Shown here: positions 9,482-18,949 of the stretch, piece by piece
Numbering within the stretch: the first letter of the stretch is position 1
Layout of the letters: the number at the start of each line of letters is the position of its first letter
DNA from: Polyangiaceae bacterium
GTDB lineage: Bacteria; Myxococcota_A; Polyangia; Polyangiales; Polyangiaceae
Assembly: GCA_965222375.1 (NCBI GenBank)
Contig: CBDCTZ010000014.1
Span: 448,001 to 512,000 of the forward strand
Length of the DNA stretch: 64,000 bases
Reading direction: 5' to 3'
Position numbers and translations under genes: made by a program
Notes under the pieces: model-generated
The model's database searches: none
What the model saw: only the letters and a program-made list of their open reading frames with translations
Told to the model about the DNA's origin: nothing

Positions 9482-10717
9482 TCAGAGCCGCCCTGCCTCG
9501 TGGCCGCCCGCAAGATCAATCGAGAAGCCGTGTTGCCGCAAGACGTGCTTTGCGATTGTCAATTGCTGTATCTCGCTGGTGCCGCCGCCAATGGTCCACA
9601 GTTTCATGTCGCGCATCAATCGTTCTGGCGCGCATTCCCCAGAGTAGCCCATGCCCCCCATGAGTTGGATAGCGTCCATCGCGACGGATACGGCAGCCTC
9701 CGTGGCGTACCACTTGGCGGCACTGGTTTCGGCGGGCGCGCCTTTGCCCTGGGCCTGCAACCAGATCAACTTGAGCAGAAGATTCTGCACGTTCTCCTTG
9801 GCCACGAACATGCGCGCCAGTTTCTGCTGGGTCAGCTGAAAGGCTGCAATGGGTTTGCCGAATTGCTCGCGATCAATGGCGTAGGTCGTGGCATCTTCCA
9901 GGCAGCGCTCAATCACGCCGAGACACATGGCGACGATGGCCGCTCGCTCCGACGAAAGCGTCGCTTCGGCCAGCTCGCGTTCGGGCCGCTCCGGATCCCC
10001 TAGCAAGTGGTCCCGCGGTACGCTGACATCGTCGATGAAGATTTCGCCCGTCGGGCACGCGTGCATGCCCATCTTCTTGATTGCGCTGCCGGGCGTGAGC
10101 CCAGGCGTTCCTTTTTCGACCACTACCGGGAATATTCGCGTCTTGTCGCTGCGGTCCGAGGCCCGTTCCACCAGACGCGCATAGATCAAGAACACATCGG
10201 CGGAAGGCGCGTTAGAGATGAAGGCCTTGCTGCCTCTTAGTATGACCCTGTCTCCATTCAGGGTGGCCGTCGTACGCATTGCGAAAGCGTCGGAGCCCGT
10301 GGCCGGTTCGGTCAGCGCCCAGCACCCAACTGTTTCTAGGGACAGGAGGGGTACAGCCAACCGCTCCACCAGCCTGGGTGAGCCCTTGGCAGCAATGGTG
10401 TTGCCGCAGCCGAACGTGGAAAGCATGCATAGGCACAGGCCGGGACTGACCCGGGAAAGCTCTTTGAACAGGATTGCAGGAATTGCAGGGTCGAATCCGG
10501 AGCTGGTTTCCTTCGCGCCGCCGCTGCTCGCCTTGAGCATCGGCTCGGCAAACATCTCCTTGATTTGGAAAGTTGCGGAGAGGCGTTTCAGCACTTCGTA
10601 GGACGAGATTGAGCCGTCCTCGAGCTGAGGGACCAGGGGCTCAACCTCATCCGCGCAATAGCGCCTCAAGAAAGCCTCGACTGCCTGGTGGGTCTCCAAG
10701 AACTGGTAGCCGCTCAT
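9482..10717 (-). CDS. Acyl-CoA dehydrogenase
   Basis: WALTEPATGSDA, GSKAFISNAP, KKMGMHACPTGEI, REQFGKPIAAFQ, IGGGTSEIQ; AGGAGG RBS upstream of ATG at 10717. Confidence 0.93.
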   Translation of the reverse strand: MSGYQFLETHQAVEAFLRRYCADEVEPLVPQLEDGSISSYEVLKRLSATFQIKEMFAEPMLKASSGGAKETSSGFDPAIPAILFKELSRVSPGLCLCMLSTFGCGNTIAAKGSPRLVERLAVPLLSLETVGCWALTEPATGSDAFAMRTTATLNGDRVILRGSKAFISNAPSADVFLIYARLVERASDRSDKTRIFPVVVEKGTPGLTPGSAIKKMGMHACPTGEIFIDDVSVPRDHLLGDPERPERELAEATLSSERAAIVAMCLGVIERCLEDATTYAIDREQFGKPIAAFQLTQQKLARMFVAKENVQNLLLKLIWLQAQGKGAPAETSAAKWYATEAAVSVAMDAIQLMGGMGYSGECAPERLMRDMKLWTIGGGTSEIQQLTIAKHVLRQHGFSIDLAGGHEAGRL

Positions 10718-11354
10718 TTGAATGAGCCCTCCTGGTGTGCAAACTGGTGGAACGCTTTCGCGAAGCCCGATTCCCTCAGGGCCCACTTCCCGTGGCAAGA
10801 GGCCCCGTGTCGACGTTGTAGCTTCCCGGGCGCGCGATCAGGAAAACGCGAAGCGGAGGGCCTCGCCCAACACTCTCAAGAAAGGGCTGCAAATTCAAGA
10901 GCTTGGCGGGTCGTGCGGTCGCGGTGCCTGAGTGGGTGAAGGTAACGAAACCCCGCGAAGAAAGCTATCGGCGCCGGCTGGTCGTGCTCGAAGACGCGGA
11001 GCTGACTCATGGCGGGTCGGCCGCGCTGCATCGGGCGATGTTTCGCTTGTTGGCGGAGCGAGAAGGGGGATCGTCGGGATCCGGGTCCAAAAGGGTTTAG
11101 GGCGTCGCCGTCGGGCGCTCCGCCAGCTGAGTGGCTCGGGGCGTTGTGACGCCACTGCCAGGATCCCGCTGTTCTGAGGCAGAGGAGCGGGTGCGGGCGT
11201 GGCCGTCGACACGGTTGGCTCGTGTCACGCGTCTTGCCGAGGACCCGCTGCGGGCGAAGTTCCGTGGCGAAGAAAACGTTCGCAACTGAACCTAGTGCCC
11301 GTGGGTGCGATTGCGCGCCGGAGGTCAAGCTGGGCTATGCTTCCAAGGACACGA

Positions 11355-12272
11355 ATGCCGACCTCGCGCTTCGGGCGTAACCTCGTGGTCCTTGGAGTGA
11401 CCGCAGCTTCTTTGCTGTGCTGCGTGGGCGGCTGTTTGACCATCAACGATTTGGAAGGCATTGCCCCAGGCCGCCCCGTAGGCGGTATCAGCTGTGCGGT
11501 GGGAGAAACCACGGCTTGCTACACCGGACCGGCAGCAACGGAAAACGTCGGAGAGTGCGAAGCCGGAACCCGTCGCTGCTCCGGGGACGCGTGGGAACCC
11601 TGCCTTGGAGAAGTGACTCCGACGGAAGAATCCTGTGACGGGCTCGACAACGACTGCGACGGGATCGCCGACGAGAACATAGGTGAAACCAGCTGCGGCG
11701 AGGGACTGTGCAAGGTCACCGTATCGAGCTGTGTGGGTGGCAAGCCCGGGCAGTGCATCCCGCTGCCGGGTTCGGCGGTCGAGGCTTGCGATGGGGTTGA
11801 CGACAACTGCGACGGCTTCATCGACGAAGGTTGCAATTGCTTGAGCGGTTCTTCCCAGAGTTGCTACTCCGGTGCGTCGAGCACGAAAGACGTTGGACAA
11901 TGCAAGTCGGGCATGCAGACCTGTGCTGCTGGGGATTGGGGGCCTTGCAGCGGCGAGGCCCTGCCGAAGAAGGAGGTCTGCGACAAAGCTGACAACGACT
12001 GCGACGGCAAGGTCGACGAGGGCGGCGTTTGCTGCACGCCGAGTTGCGCCTCCCGAGACGCTTGCGGCTCCGATGGCTGTGACGGAAGTTGCGGCAGCTG
12101 TGATTCCGACCGAGTTTGCCACAAGGGCTTTTGCGTTTGGACTCATGGGCACAATGGGGACACGTCCGTTTCGTGCAGTACCATCTGCGCTTGGGGCAAA
12201 AGCCAGTGCGTTGATGCAACCACCGGTGGCTGCGGGACCAAGGGTCAGAAGGGCACCTGCTACTGTTGGTAG
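11355..12272 (+). CDS. Cys-rich lipoprotein with MopE-like/putative metal-binding repeats
   Basis: Repeated E.CDG.DNDCDG..DE and CY.GP..T..VG.C..G...C....W..C.GE motifs; signal peptide ending GGC. Confidence 0.8.
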   Translation: MPTSRFGRNLVVLGVTAASLLCCVGGCLTINDLEGIAPGRPVGGISCAVGETTACYTGPAATENVGECEAGTRRCSGDAWEPCLGEVTPTEESCDGLDNDCDGIADENIGETSCGEGLCKVTVSSCVGGKPGQCIPLPGSAVEACDGVDDNCDGFIDEGCNCLSGSSQSCYSGASSTKDVGQCKSGMQTCAAGDWGPCSGEALPKKEVCDKADNDCDGKVDEGGVCCTPSCASRDACGSDGCDGSCGSCDSDRVCHKGFCVWTHGHNGDTSVSCSTICAWGKSQCVDATTGGCGTKGQKGTCYCW

Positions 12273-12394
12273 CGCGGTTGCCGCCGGCGGAGCCTCGCAG
12301 CTTGAACGAGGCGTTGGCCCGAGTCGCCATTCTTGCGACGCGCGCGAGCCACCATAGGGCGTTGGATAGGCGTGAAAGTATGCAGACTATGCCA

Positions 12395-12410
12395 AGCAAC
12401 GTCCGTGCCG
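12395..12410 (-). promoter_or_regulatory. Sigma54 (-24/-12)-like site with no obvious downstream gene
   Basis: Minus strand CGGCACG-GACG-TTGCT with correct GG/GC spacing. Confidence 0.4.
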
Positions 12411-12564
12411 GACCTTTGCCTTCGCCTGCGACCCGCATCCCCGAAGCGAGTAGATGCAACGCCTAGAGGCTGCTCCGTCACCGCGCCGCGCATGGCCGGT
12501 TTCGGCTAGGCTCACGTTGATGGTCGCGGTAGTCGCACAGCTCCGTCGGCGGCATCTTCGACCG

Positions 12565-13425
12565 ATGCTCGCCGCAGTCGCGCTCCTTATTGGCGTCTCT
12601 TCAGCGGACGCTCAGGAAAAGAGCGTCGCGAGCGGCTTCTTCGAAGCGGGCGCCGCGGCGGCACAGCGCAAGGACTTTGCTGTGTGTGCCGAGTCATTCG
12701 CGGAGGCGCATCGTCTCGAGCCACACAGCGCCGCAATCTACAACGCTGCGCTGTGTTGGGAATCTGAAGGCAAGCTGGGGCTCGCCGCGCGGGGCTACGA
12801 AGAAGCACTAAAACGCCGACAGTTGCATCCGGATCAAGAACAGCAGGCGAGCAGGCGCCTGACGGGTCTGCTTCCAAAGCTTGCTCGCCTGCTAGTCGAT
12901 GGTCCGGTTGGCACCACCATCAGCACCCGAGACGCGAAGAACATCTCTACGCCGGCGCGGCTCCTGACGGAGCCGGGTCCGCTGGTGATCACGGCGCGCG
13001 GGCCAAACGGCGAGCAGAAGACGCTCACAATCGAAGCCCGAACTGGGCAGCTGCAAGAGGTGAGCGTGCACTTCGCCGAGTTGGCACCGTCGAAGAAGGC
13101 CAAGCCTCCGCCACGAGAAATGGAGCCTACGGCGAGCCCCACGAAAACGCTCGGCTGGATCGGGATTGGGGTCGGCGCGGCGACTCTTCTCACGGCTGGG
13201 GGATTCTACCTAGCCGCGGTTTCCGCTAGGAACGACTTTGAGGACTCGGGAAGACGTGACGGGAGCGCTCGGGAAACCGCGGTCGATCGGCTGAAGCTCT
13301 CCCGTATCCTGGGGTTGGGGGGTGCAATCGTAGCTGGGATTGGGGTGACCCTCGTCATCACTGACGAGCCCGACGCTGCCAAGGTCCAGGTTCGGCTTAG
13401 CCCTGGACTGGCGCGCGGGCGCTGA
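12565..13425 (+). CDS. Secreted TPR plus PEGA-like protein with C-terminal hydrophobic hairpin
   Basis: Signal peptide, TPR-like FAEAHRLEPHSAAIYNAALCWE, beta-rich middle domain, two C-terminal hydrophobic segments; typical neighbour of myxobacterial kinases. Confidence 0.75.
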   Translation: MLAAVALLIGVSSADAQEKSVASGFFEAGAAAAQRKDFAVCAESFAEAHRLEPHSAAIYNAALCWESEGKLGLAARGYEEALKRRQLHPDQEQQASRRLTGLLPKLARLLVDGPVGTTISTRDAKNISTPARLLTEPGPLVITARGPNGEQKTLTIEARTGQLQEVSVHFAELAPSKKAKPPPREMEPTASPTKTLGWIGIGVGAATLLTAGGFYLAAVSARNDFEDSGRRDGSARETAVDRLKLSRILGLGGAIVAGIGVTLVITDEPDAAKVQVRLSPGLARGR

Positions 13426-13488
13426 ACTACGACGCTGCCTCAGATGGCCCGGGATCACCGAGGCGATTCCGTTTGCTTGTGCGCCAAC

Positions 13489-13509
13489 TGTTCGGACACT
13501 GTTCGTACA
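13489..13509. promoter_or_regulatory. Putative enhancer (UAS) site 1
   Basis: TGTTCGGACA-C-TGTTCGTACA, centred about 70 bp upstream of a sigma54 promoter; same motif at 17891 and 21505. Confidence 0.75.
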
Positions 13510-13567
13510 GCCTTGCGAGTAGTAGCAAGATCTTCCTCACTTTGCGGGCTCCGCCGACGTGTTGGAG

Positions 13568-13583
13568 CGGCACGGTCCTTGCG
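13568..13583 (+). promoter_or_regulatory. Sigma54 promoter
   Basis: CGGCACG-GTCC-TTGC; GG 13569-70 and GC 13581-82. Confidence 0.75.
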
Positions 13584-13598
13584 ATGGCCGGGTACGCC

Positions 13599-14828
13599 AT
13601 GGCAATCAGTCAACGCTACTCCCAGCTCGCATCTTGCATTTTGGCGCTTGCAGCCGCCCTCGTTGCGGAATCCGCTCGAGCGGCCTGCCCAATTGGTTCG
13701 AAGATCGATATCGACCACGATCTACCCGGCTCTGGCTATTCGGAGACCGGCGGCAATTGGACCAGCTGGAGTTGGCCCTGCAACGGGCCGGGATACCGCT
13801 ACCTGAGCCATACCGTTGGGGACGGGTCTCGGAAAGGCAAAGCCATTTGGAAACCCGCCATCAAGGTGGCCGGGACCTACCGCGTACGAACGGCCTATCG
13901 GGCCACCGAGAACCGCACCAAAGATGCTGACTACTACGTGTACGACGACAAGGGCGCTAGCAAGCATCACGTCGAAAACCAGTTCGGGAACGCGTGCAAG
14001 TGGGTCGATCTGGGAACGTTCTACTGCAAGCCGGGGGGTTCATGTCGCGTCGTGCTGGACGGTACCGATGACAGCCACTCGGACTGCGCCGACCGCACTC
14101 GCTACGAATTGATCAGCTGTGGCACCTCGAGCGGGACCGGAGGCACGACGGGAAGCGGCGGCACAAGCGCCACCGGATGTGGCGGCATCAGCAAGAATCC
14201 CAGCTTCGAGCTCTGCTCGTCTACGGCTACGACCTGTGCCGGCGTCTACACCAACGGCGGCGGCTGCCAGGCGTTCTGTGCTGCGGCGGGAATGACGTGT
14301 AAGGCGCGGTTTGGTGGAGAGCCGGGCTGCCAGAAAGAGCCACACAACCCGATCCCTTGTAGCGCTGACAATACCCACCAGTCGGACTGGTGCGAATGTG
14401 TCGCGCCGCCCGCCAGTGGTGGAACGGGTGGAGGTGGCGTGAAGGGTGGAGGTGGAAGCTCGGCTAGCAGTGGCGCAGGAACAAGCGGAAGCGGAGCCTC
14501 CGCGGGCACCGCTGGTGACGAGGGCAACCCGGCGCAGGGCGGTCAAGGCGGTGTGGCGAATGCGGGTTCTTCAGGCGTATGGGGTGGAGGGGGGCAGGCC
14601 CCGATTGGGGCGGTCGGCGGCGACGGGGGGCACAGCATTCACCCTCCTGCTGGGGCTGAAGAACCCTTCGAAGGCGAAGTGAGTTGCCGCGCGGCAACTC
14701 CCGCCGGGAACACACCCATGGGACCAGCTTGGCTTGTCGCTTTATCTGCAGGCTTGCTGGGCATGCGTCGAAAGGTGCGCCAAACCCTCGGCGCGATGCA
14801 CCGAGGGCGCCTCGGCCGAATTGTATGA
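13599..14828 (+). CDS. Secreted protein with golvesin/xanthan-lyase CBM-like domain, Cys-rich domain and MYXO-CTERM-like tail
   Basis: AIWKPAIKVAGTYRV...NRTKDADYYV...NQ...WVDLGTF; tail SCRAATPAG...WLVALSAGLLGMRRK. Confidence 0.72.
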   Translation: MAISQRYSQLASCILALAAALVAESARAACPIGSKIDIDHDLPGSGYSETGGNWTSWSWPCNGPGYRYLSHTVGDGSRKGKAIWKPAIKVAGTYRVRTAYRATENRTKDADYYVYDDKGASKHHVENQFGNACKWVDLGTFYCKPGGSCRVVLDGTDDSHSDCADRTRYELISCGTSSGTGGTTGSGGTSATGCGGISKNPSFELCSSTATTCAGVYTNGGGCQAFCAAAGMTCKARFGGEPGCQKEPHNPIPCSADNTHQSDWCECVAPPASGGTGGGGVKGGGGSSASSGAGTSGSGASAGTAGDEGNPAQGGQGGVANAGSSGVWGGGGQAPIGAVGGDGGHSIHPPAGAEEPFEGEVSCRAATPAGNTPMGPAWLVALSAGLLGMRRKVRQTLGAMHRGRLGRIV

Positions 14829-14848
14829 CCAAGTGCTAGGATGGCACC

Positions 14849-16498
14849 ATGGTTGCGCCAACGGGACCCTTCCCGGAGCGAGTTGGCTCGTACGAGCTGC
14901 TGGCGCCGATTGGCGCCGGCGGCATGGCGACCGTGTATCTCGGCACGGACGTGCGACAGAGCGGTTTGCGCGGACGTGTTGCAATCAAGTTGATCAACGC
15001 GCTGGAGGAGCAGGATGCCGACATGGCCGCAGTCTTGCTGCGGGAGGCAAGAGTCGCAGCTCGGATCCGACACCCGAACGTTGTACATGTCATCGACACG
15101 GGGCAGGACTCGTTCGGCTTCTTCCTCGTCATGGACTACGTCGAAGGGGACAACATGGAGGGGCTGCGGCGGCTTGCGCGGCGAAGGGGACAGCCCATTC
15201 CCCCGCCGGTCATGCTCCGCATCCTGACAGACGCGCTCTCCGGGCTCCATGCGGCACACGAACTGCGTGACGAAACGGGTCGCAACCTGGGTTTGGTACA
15301 TCGCGACTTCTCTCCCCAGAACATCCTCGTTGGTACCGACGGCATCACGCGCCTCACGGATTTCGGCATCGCGAAGTCTGCATTGACCCAGGGCGGAACC
15401 AGGACCGGCCAGGTCAAGGGCAAGATCGGATACATGGCCCCTGAGCAGGCTCGGGGGAAACCTCTGGATCAACGCGCGGACGTTTGGGCGGCTGGCGTGG
15501 TCATCTGGGAGTTCTTCGCGGACCGCCGGCTCTACTCTGGGAAGGATGACGTCAGCACACTGCTGCAGATCATTGGAGAAGAGCCGACACCACTGAGTGC
15601 TATTCGTCCAGATCTTCCAGAATCAATCCATAACGCGGTCACGCGGGCCCTCCGTCGGGACGTGAACGAACGCTGCCCGAGTGCGGAGCAACTTCGGCGC
15701 CAGCTACTGATGGGGAGTCAAGTTGCGGATGCGACAGAGGTCGCCAGCTACGTTCGCGGGTTGGTAGCGGACAAGCTTGCGGAACGGGAGCGACGGGTAG
15801 AGGAGATCCGTAGATTGCGAGGACGGCTGGGCGAGCTGTCCTCGGTTTCAAACGAATTGCCTTCGCCAGGGGCGGTGAACGCCGCGGCGCAACTTGGCGT
15901 GGGCGCCGATGGCACGGTGCCGGAAGAGGACGAGCTGACGACCCAGGTCGTTAGCTCGCGGGATGCGGAACTGCAAAGTGCGCCGACGGTAGCCAGAGCC
16001 CGTACCGCGGGCATGCCGCAGTGGTTGTTCGCCGTAGGTGCGGCGGTGTTGATCTTCGTGGTGGTTATTGGCGTCACTCTGTCCGTTCGTAGCGGCCAAG
16101 CCGAGCGCCCCTTGGAGATTCACCAGGCAGCGGCATCAAAGCAAGTGCCTCCAGTGCTTGCTCCCACCCCTTCGGTCGCGCCGGCGCCAGTGCAGCAGCA
16201 ACCGGACGAGATCATCGTAGTGCATTCAAATGTCCCGCTGAAGTCCTTGCGCGTGGCCGACGAACAGGTCCACCTGCCAGCCCCGGCTGAACGCGTGGAA
16301 CTAGCGGCCCCGAAGCCTGGAACCATGCTGCGCGCGACCGCGGTTGATGGCAGGGTGCTCAGGGCCGAAGCGCCTGCCGCCGGGCAGGGTGTAAAACTTC
16401 GATTTCCACCCCGCCGAAGCTCGGGGGCTCAGACGCCGAGGGTACCTACTCGTTCGGAAAATAAGGCACCAAGCTTCGCCGGCAATCCTTATAACTGA
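14849..16498 (+). CDS. Membrane-anchored Ser/Thr protein kinase
   Basis: IGAGGMATVY, VAIK, VHRDFSPQNILV, DFGIAK, GKIGYMAPEQ, DVWAAG; TM segment followed by an extracytoplasmic domain. Confidence 0.95.
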   Translation: MVAPTGPFPERVGSYELLAPIGAGGMATVYLGTDVRQSGLRGRVAIKLINALEEQDADMAAVLLREARVAARIRHPNVVHVIDTGQDSFGFFLVMDYVEGDNMEGLRRLARRRGQPIPPPVMLRILTDALSGLHAAHELRDETGRNLGLVHRDFSPQNILVGTDGITRLTDFGIAKSALTQGGTRTGQVKGKIGYMAPEQARGKPLDQRADVWAAGVVIWEFFADRRLYSGKDDVSTLLQIIGEEPTPLSAIRPDLPESIHNAVTRALRRDVNERCPSAEQLRRQLLMGSQVADATEVASYVRGLVADKLAERERRVEEIRRLRGRLGELSSVSNELPSPGAVNAAAQLGVGADGTVPEEDELTTQVVSSRDAELQSAPTVARARTAGMPQWLFAVGAAVLIFVVVIGVTLSVRSGQAERPLEIHQAAASKQVPPVLAPTPSVAPAPVQQQPDEIIVVHSNVPLKSLRVADEQVHLPAPAERVELAAPKPGTMLRATAVDGRVLRAEAPAAGQGVKLRFPPRRSSGAQTPRVPTRSENKAPSFAGNPYN

Positions 16499-16569
16499 GC
16501 GGCTCCGAACGGATTGAGGGGCACGTCGACCCCCGGTTGGGTATGCGTGTAAAATCCCCCGCCCCCAGC

Positions 16570-17868
16570 ATGCCCGATCACACCGACACTCAGACGGCAT
16601 TCGACGTTCCCGTCCCGGAGTCCAAGGCGGTCCTTGGGGTAGTCGTCGTATTTGTAGATGGCACCGCCCAGCTCACGCCGCATGCGGTCCAAGGTCGCTG
16701 CCGCGTTGGTCGCGACGAGACGATGGAGATCCCGCTGTTGGACAGCAAGGTCTCTCGATGTCATGCGGAGCTGATGCCCGCCCCGCAGGCCGTTCTCGTG
16801 ACGGACATGGGGAGCCGCAACGGGACCTTCATCAATGCGGAACCCGTTGAAATCTCTCAAGCCACCGCGGGCGCTGGTTCTGTGATTCGCGTAGGGCGCT
16901 CGCTCATGAAGGTCTTTGCAGACATCGAGCCCTTTGTCGTACCCTCCCTCGCTTCCACCTATGAAGGGCTGGTGGGTGGGCCTGGGCTCGAACAAGTTCG
17001 CCGCTCCATTCTCGCCGCGGCCACGTCCAACAACCCGCTGTTGATTGAAGGCGAGACAGGCAGCGGCAAGGAGGTGGTGGCAGACGCCGTCCACTCAGCT
17101 AGCGGACGAACGGGTAGCCTCATCACTGTCAACTGCGCTGCGCTCCCGCATCAGCTCATCGAGTCCGAGTTGTTCGGTCACGCCCGTGGGGCGTTTTCCG
17201 GTTCTGAGCGTGCACGCCGGGGGCTGTTCCGTAGCGCCGACGGCGGTACGTTGTTTCTGGACGAGGTTGGAGAGCTGCCCCTCGAGGCCCAAGCCAAGCT
17301 GCTCCGGGTTCTAGAAAGTGGTGAGGTTCGCGCTGTGGGCGAGGACAGTTCGGGCAAGGTGGACGTTCGGGTCGTTGCAGCCACGAATCGCAGCCTAGAC
17401 GAGATGGTTCAGGCGGAGCAATTCCGCACCGATCTCTTCCATCGCATTGCGACGATGCGTGTGCGGCTGCCACCCTTGCGGTACCGGTTGGAAGATGTCC
17501 CGCTGCTCTGCGCGCATCTCTTGCCCTCGGCAAACATCAGCGTGCGTGCCATGCAGAGTCTCCTACTGTGGTCGTGGCCGGGCAACGTGCGAGAACTCAA
17601 CAACGTGATTCAGGGGGCTGCCGCCCATGCCAGCGCTCGTGGTGCCGCAGAAATTGACCTGATAGATCTCGAGATCCAGGAACAACCCGCCGCTGCACGC
17701 CCTGGGGGCGCGCAGGACCAGTTGAGGCGGGAGTTGGAGAACGCGCTTGTCGCTGCCAGGGGCAACGTCTCGGAAGTCGCTCGGTCTCTCGGGATGCGCC
17801 GCCCCGCGGTCTATGAGAAGTTGCGGCTATTCGGCCTTGAGCCGGCGCGGTTTCGGCGCGGCTCGTAG
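16570..17868 (+). CDS. FHA-domain sigma54-dependent enhancer-binding protein with Fis-type HTH
   Basis: FHA (VGR...VSRCHAEL...[11 protein letters not shown]), [40 protein letters not shown]-terminal [12 protein letters not shown]. Start may be 16543. Confidence 0.95.
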   Translation: MPDHTDTQTAFDVPVPESKAVLGVVVVFVDGTAQLTPHAVQGRCRVGRDETMEIPLLDSKVSRCHAELMPAPQAVLVTDMGSRNGTFINAEPVEISQATAGAGSVIRVGRSLMKVFADIEPFVVPSLASTYEGLVGGPGLEQVRRSILAAATSNNPLLIEGETGSGKEVVADAVHSASGRTGSLITVNCAALPHQLIESELFGHARGAFSGSERARRGLFRSADGGTLFLDEVGELPLEAQAKLLRVLESGEVRAVGEDSSGKVDVRVVAATNRSLDEMVQAEQFRTDLFHRIATMRVRLPPLRYRLEDVPLLCAHLLPSANISVRAMQSLLLWSWPGNVRELNNVIQGAAAHASARGAAEIDLIDLEIQEQPAAARPGGAQDQLRRELENALVAARGNVSEVARSLGMRRPAVYEKLRLFGLEPARFRRGS

Positions 17869-17890
17869 TCGTTGCCGGTTCGCTCCGAGG

Positions 17891-17911
17891 TGACCGAACA
17901 CTGTTCGGTCA
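17891..17911. promoter_or_regulatory. Putative enhancer (UAS) site 2
   Basis: TGACCGAACA-C-TGTTCGGTCA, a perfect palindrome centred about 72 bp upstream of a sigma54 promoter. Confidence 0.75.
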
Positions 17912-17971
17912 CTTCCGCGTTGACCCCTCCAAGAAGGCCGGCAAGATGGGGGAACGCCGCACCCCGGCGTT

Positions 17972-17987
17972 TGGTACGGCAGTTGCA
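17972..17987 (+). promoter_or_regulatory. Sigma54 promoter
   Basis: TGGTACG-GCAG-TTGCA; GG 17973-74 and GC 17985-86. Confidence 0.78.
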
Positions 17988-17999
17988 GCGGCCTAGTTC

Positions 18000-18947
18000 G
18001 TGAGCACAGACACCGGGTGGACATGGCCGAGGGGGCGACTCGCTCTCGCGCTGATCTTGAGCGCCGCCAGCACGGCTTGCGGTGTTGAAGTGGAGTCGCG
18101 CTCCGAGCGGCTTGACACCAGAGAGGCCAGGCAAGCCTTGGGTTCGGTGTCGGATGCTGTGGCCGCTGCTTGTTCTACGACGAGCGTGTGGGGTCTGTCG
18201 GAGCAGGTCGTTGCGCAGCTCAACTGTGACGCTCCTGGAACGCTCGCTGAAGTCCCCCAGCGCCACAACTTGGAACTGGGCGACGCCGTGTTCCCATACA
18301 TGCAGCCGGCCGCTCGGGATGGTCTCGTATCGGCTGTGGACTCCGCGCCAGAGACCCGTTTGCGCGTGAACTCCATGCTGCGCGTGCTGCCCCAGCAGTA
18401 TCTACTGCACCGATGGGCTCAGGAAGGACGCTGCGGGATTGCCCTCGCGGCCGCTCCTGGTCGGTCCAGGCACCAGTCCGGGCTGGCTCTGGACACCAGC
18501 GACCACCACAGCTGGCGCGGCGCGCTCGAGGCCAAGGGCTTCGAGTGGTTCGGGCCAGGCGATCGCGTGCACTTCACCTATCGGGGCTTTGGTGCTGCGG
18601 ACCTGGAAGGGGCGGATGTGCGCGCTTTTCAACGTCTGTGGAACGTCAATCATCCGCAAGACAGCCTCGTCGAAGATGGCGTATTCGGGCCAGCGACCGC
18701 GAAACGCCTGAAGAATTCACCACCGGCTGGATTCGCCATTGGGTCGAGCTGCTTTCCCGCGGACGCCATTCAAGCGGCTCCACAGTCAGATCAGATCTGT
18801 CCAGAATCTGGCTGCGATACAGCCGAGACGGCCCAATGCCAATACGTGGGCTCGGCAGGTGGATCGTCACTTCCCATGGGGTTGGTGTTCGGGTTGCTGA
18901 CTTGGGTTGCTTGCTGGCGTCGCGACCGAGTGACGCCAGCAGGCTGA
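18000..18947 (+). CDS. M15-family (D-Ala-D-Ala carboxypeptidase-like) Zn peptidase with peptidoglycan-binding domain and MYXO-CTERM-like tail
   Basis: NSMLR...QQYLL, APGRSRHQSGLALD, GDRVHF; VRAFQRLWN...LVEDGVFGPAT; hydrophobic tail ending WRRDR. Confidence 0.85.
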   Translation: MSTDTGWTWPRGRLALALILSAASTACGVEVESRSERLDTREARQALGSVSDAVAAACSTTSVWGLSEQVVAQLNCDAPGTLAEVPQRHNLELGDAVFPYMQPAARDGLVSAVDSAPETRLRVNSMLRVLPQQYLLHRWAQEGRCGIALAAAPGRSRHQSGLALDTSDHHSWRGALEAKGFEWFGPGDRVHFTYRGFGAADLEGADVRAFQRLWNVNHPQDSLVEDGVFGPATAKRLKNSPPAGFAIGSSCFPADAIQAAPQSDQICPESGCDTAETAQCQYVGSAGGSSLPMGLVFGLLTWVACWRRDRVTPAG

Positions 18948-18949
18948 GG

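Noticed and set aside
10876..11010. Short minus-strand ORF MSQLRVFEHDQPA resembling an acireductone dioxygenase N-terminus within a ~600-bp gap
   Set aside because: The resemblance covers about 13 residues, with no RBS and no cupin motif; unsupported without a search.
11215..11237. Possible sigma54 promoter for the Cys-rich gene (TGGCTCG...ACGC or TGTCACG...TTGC)
   Set aside because: Each candidate lacks one core element and no UAS copy is nearby.
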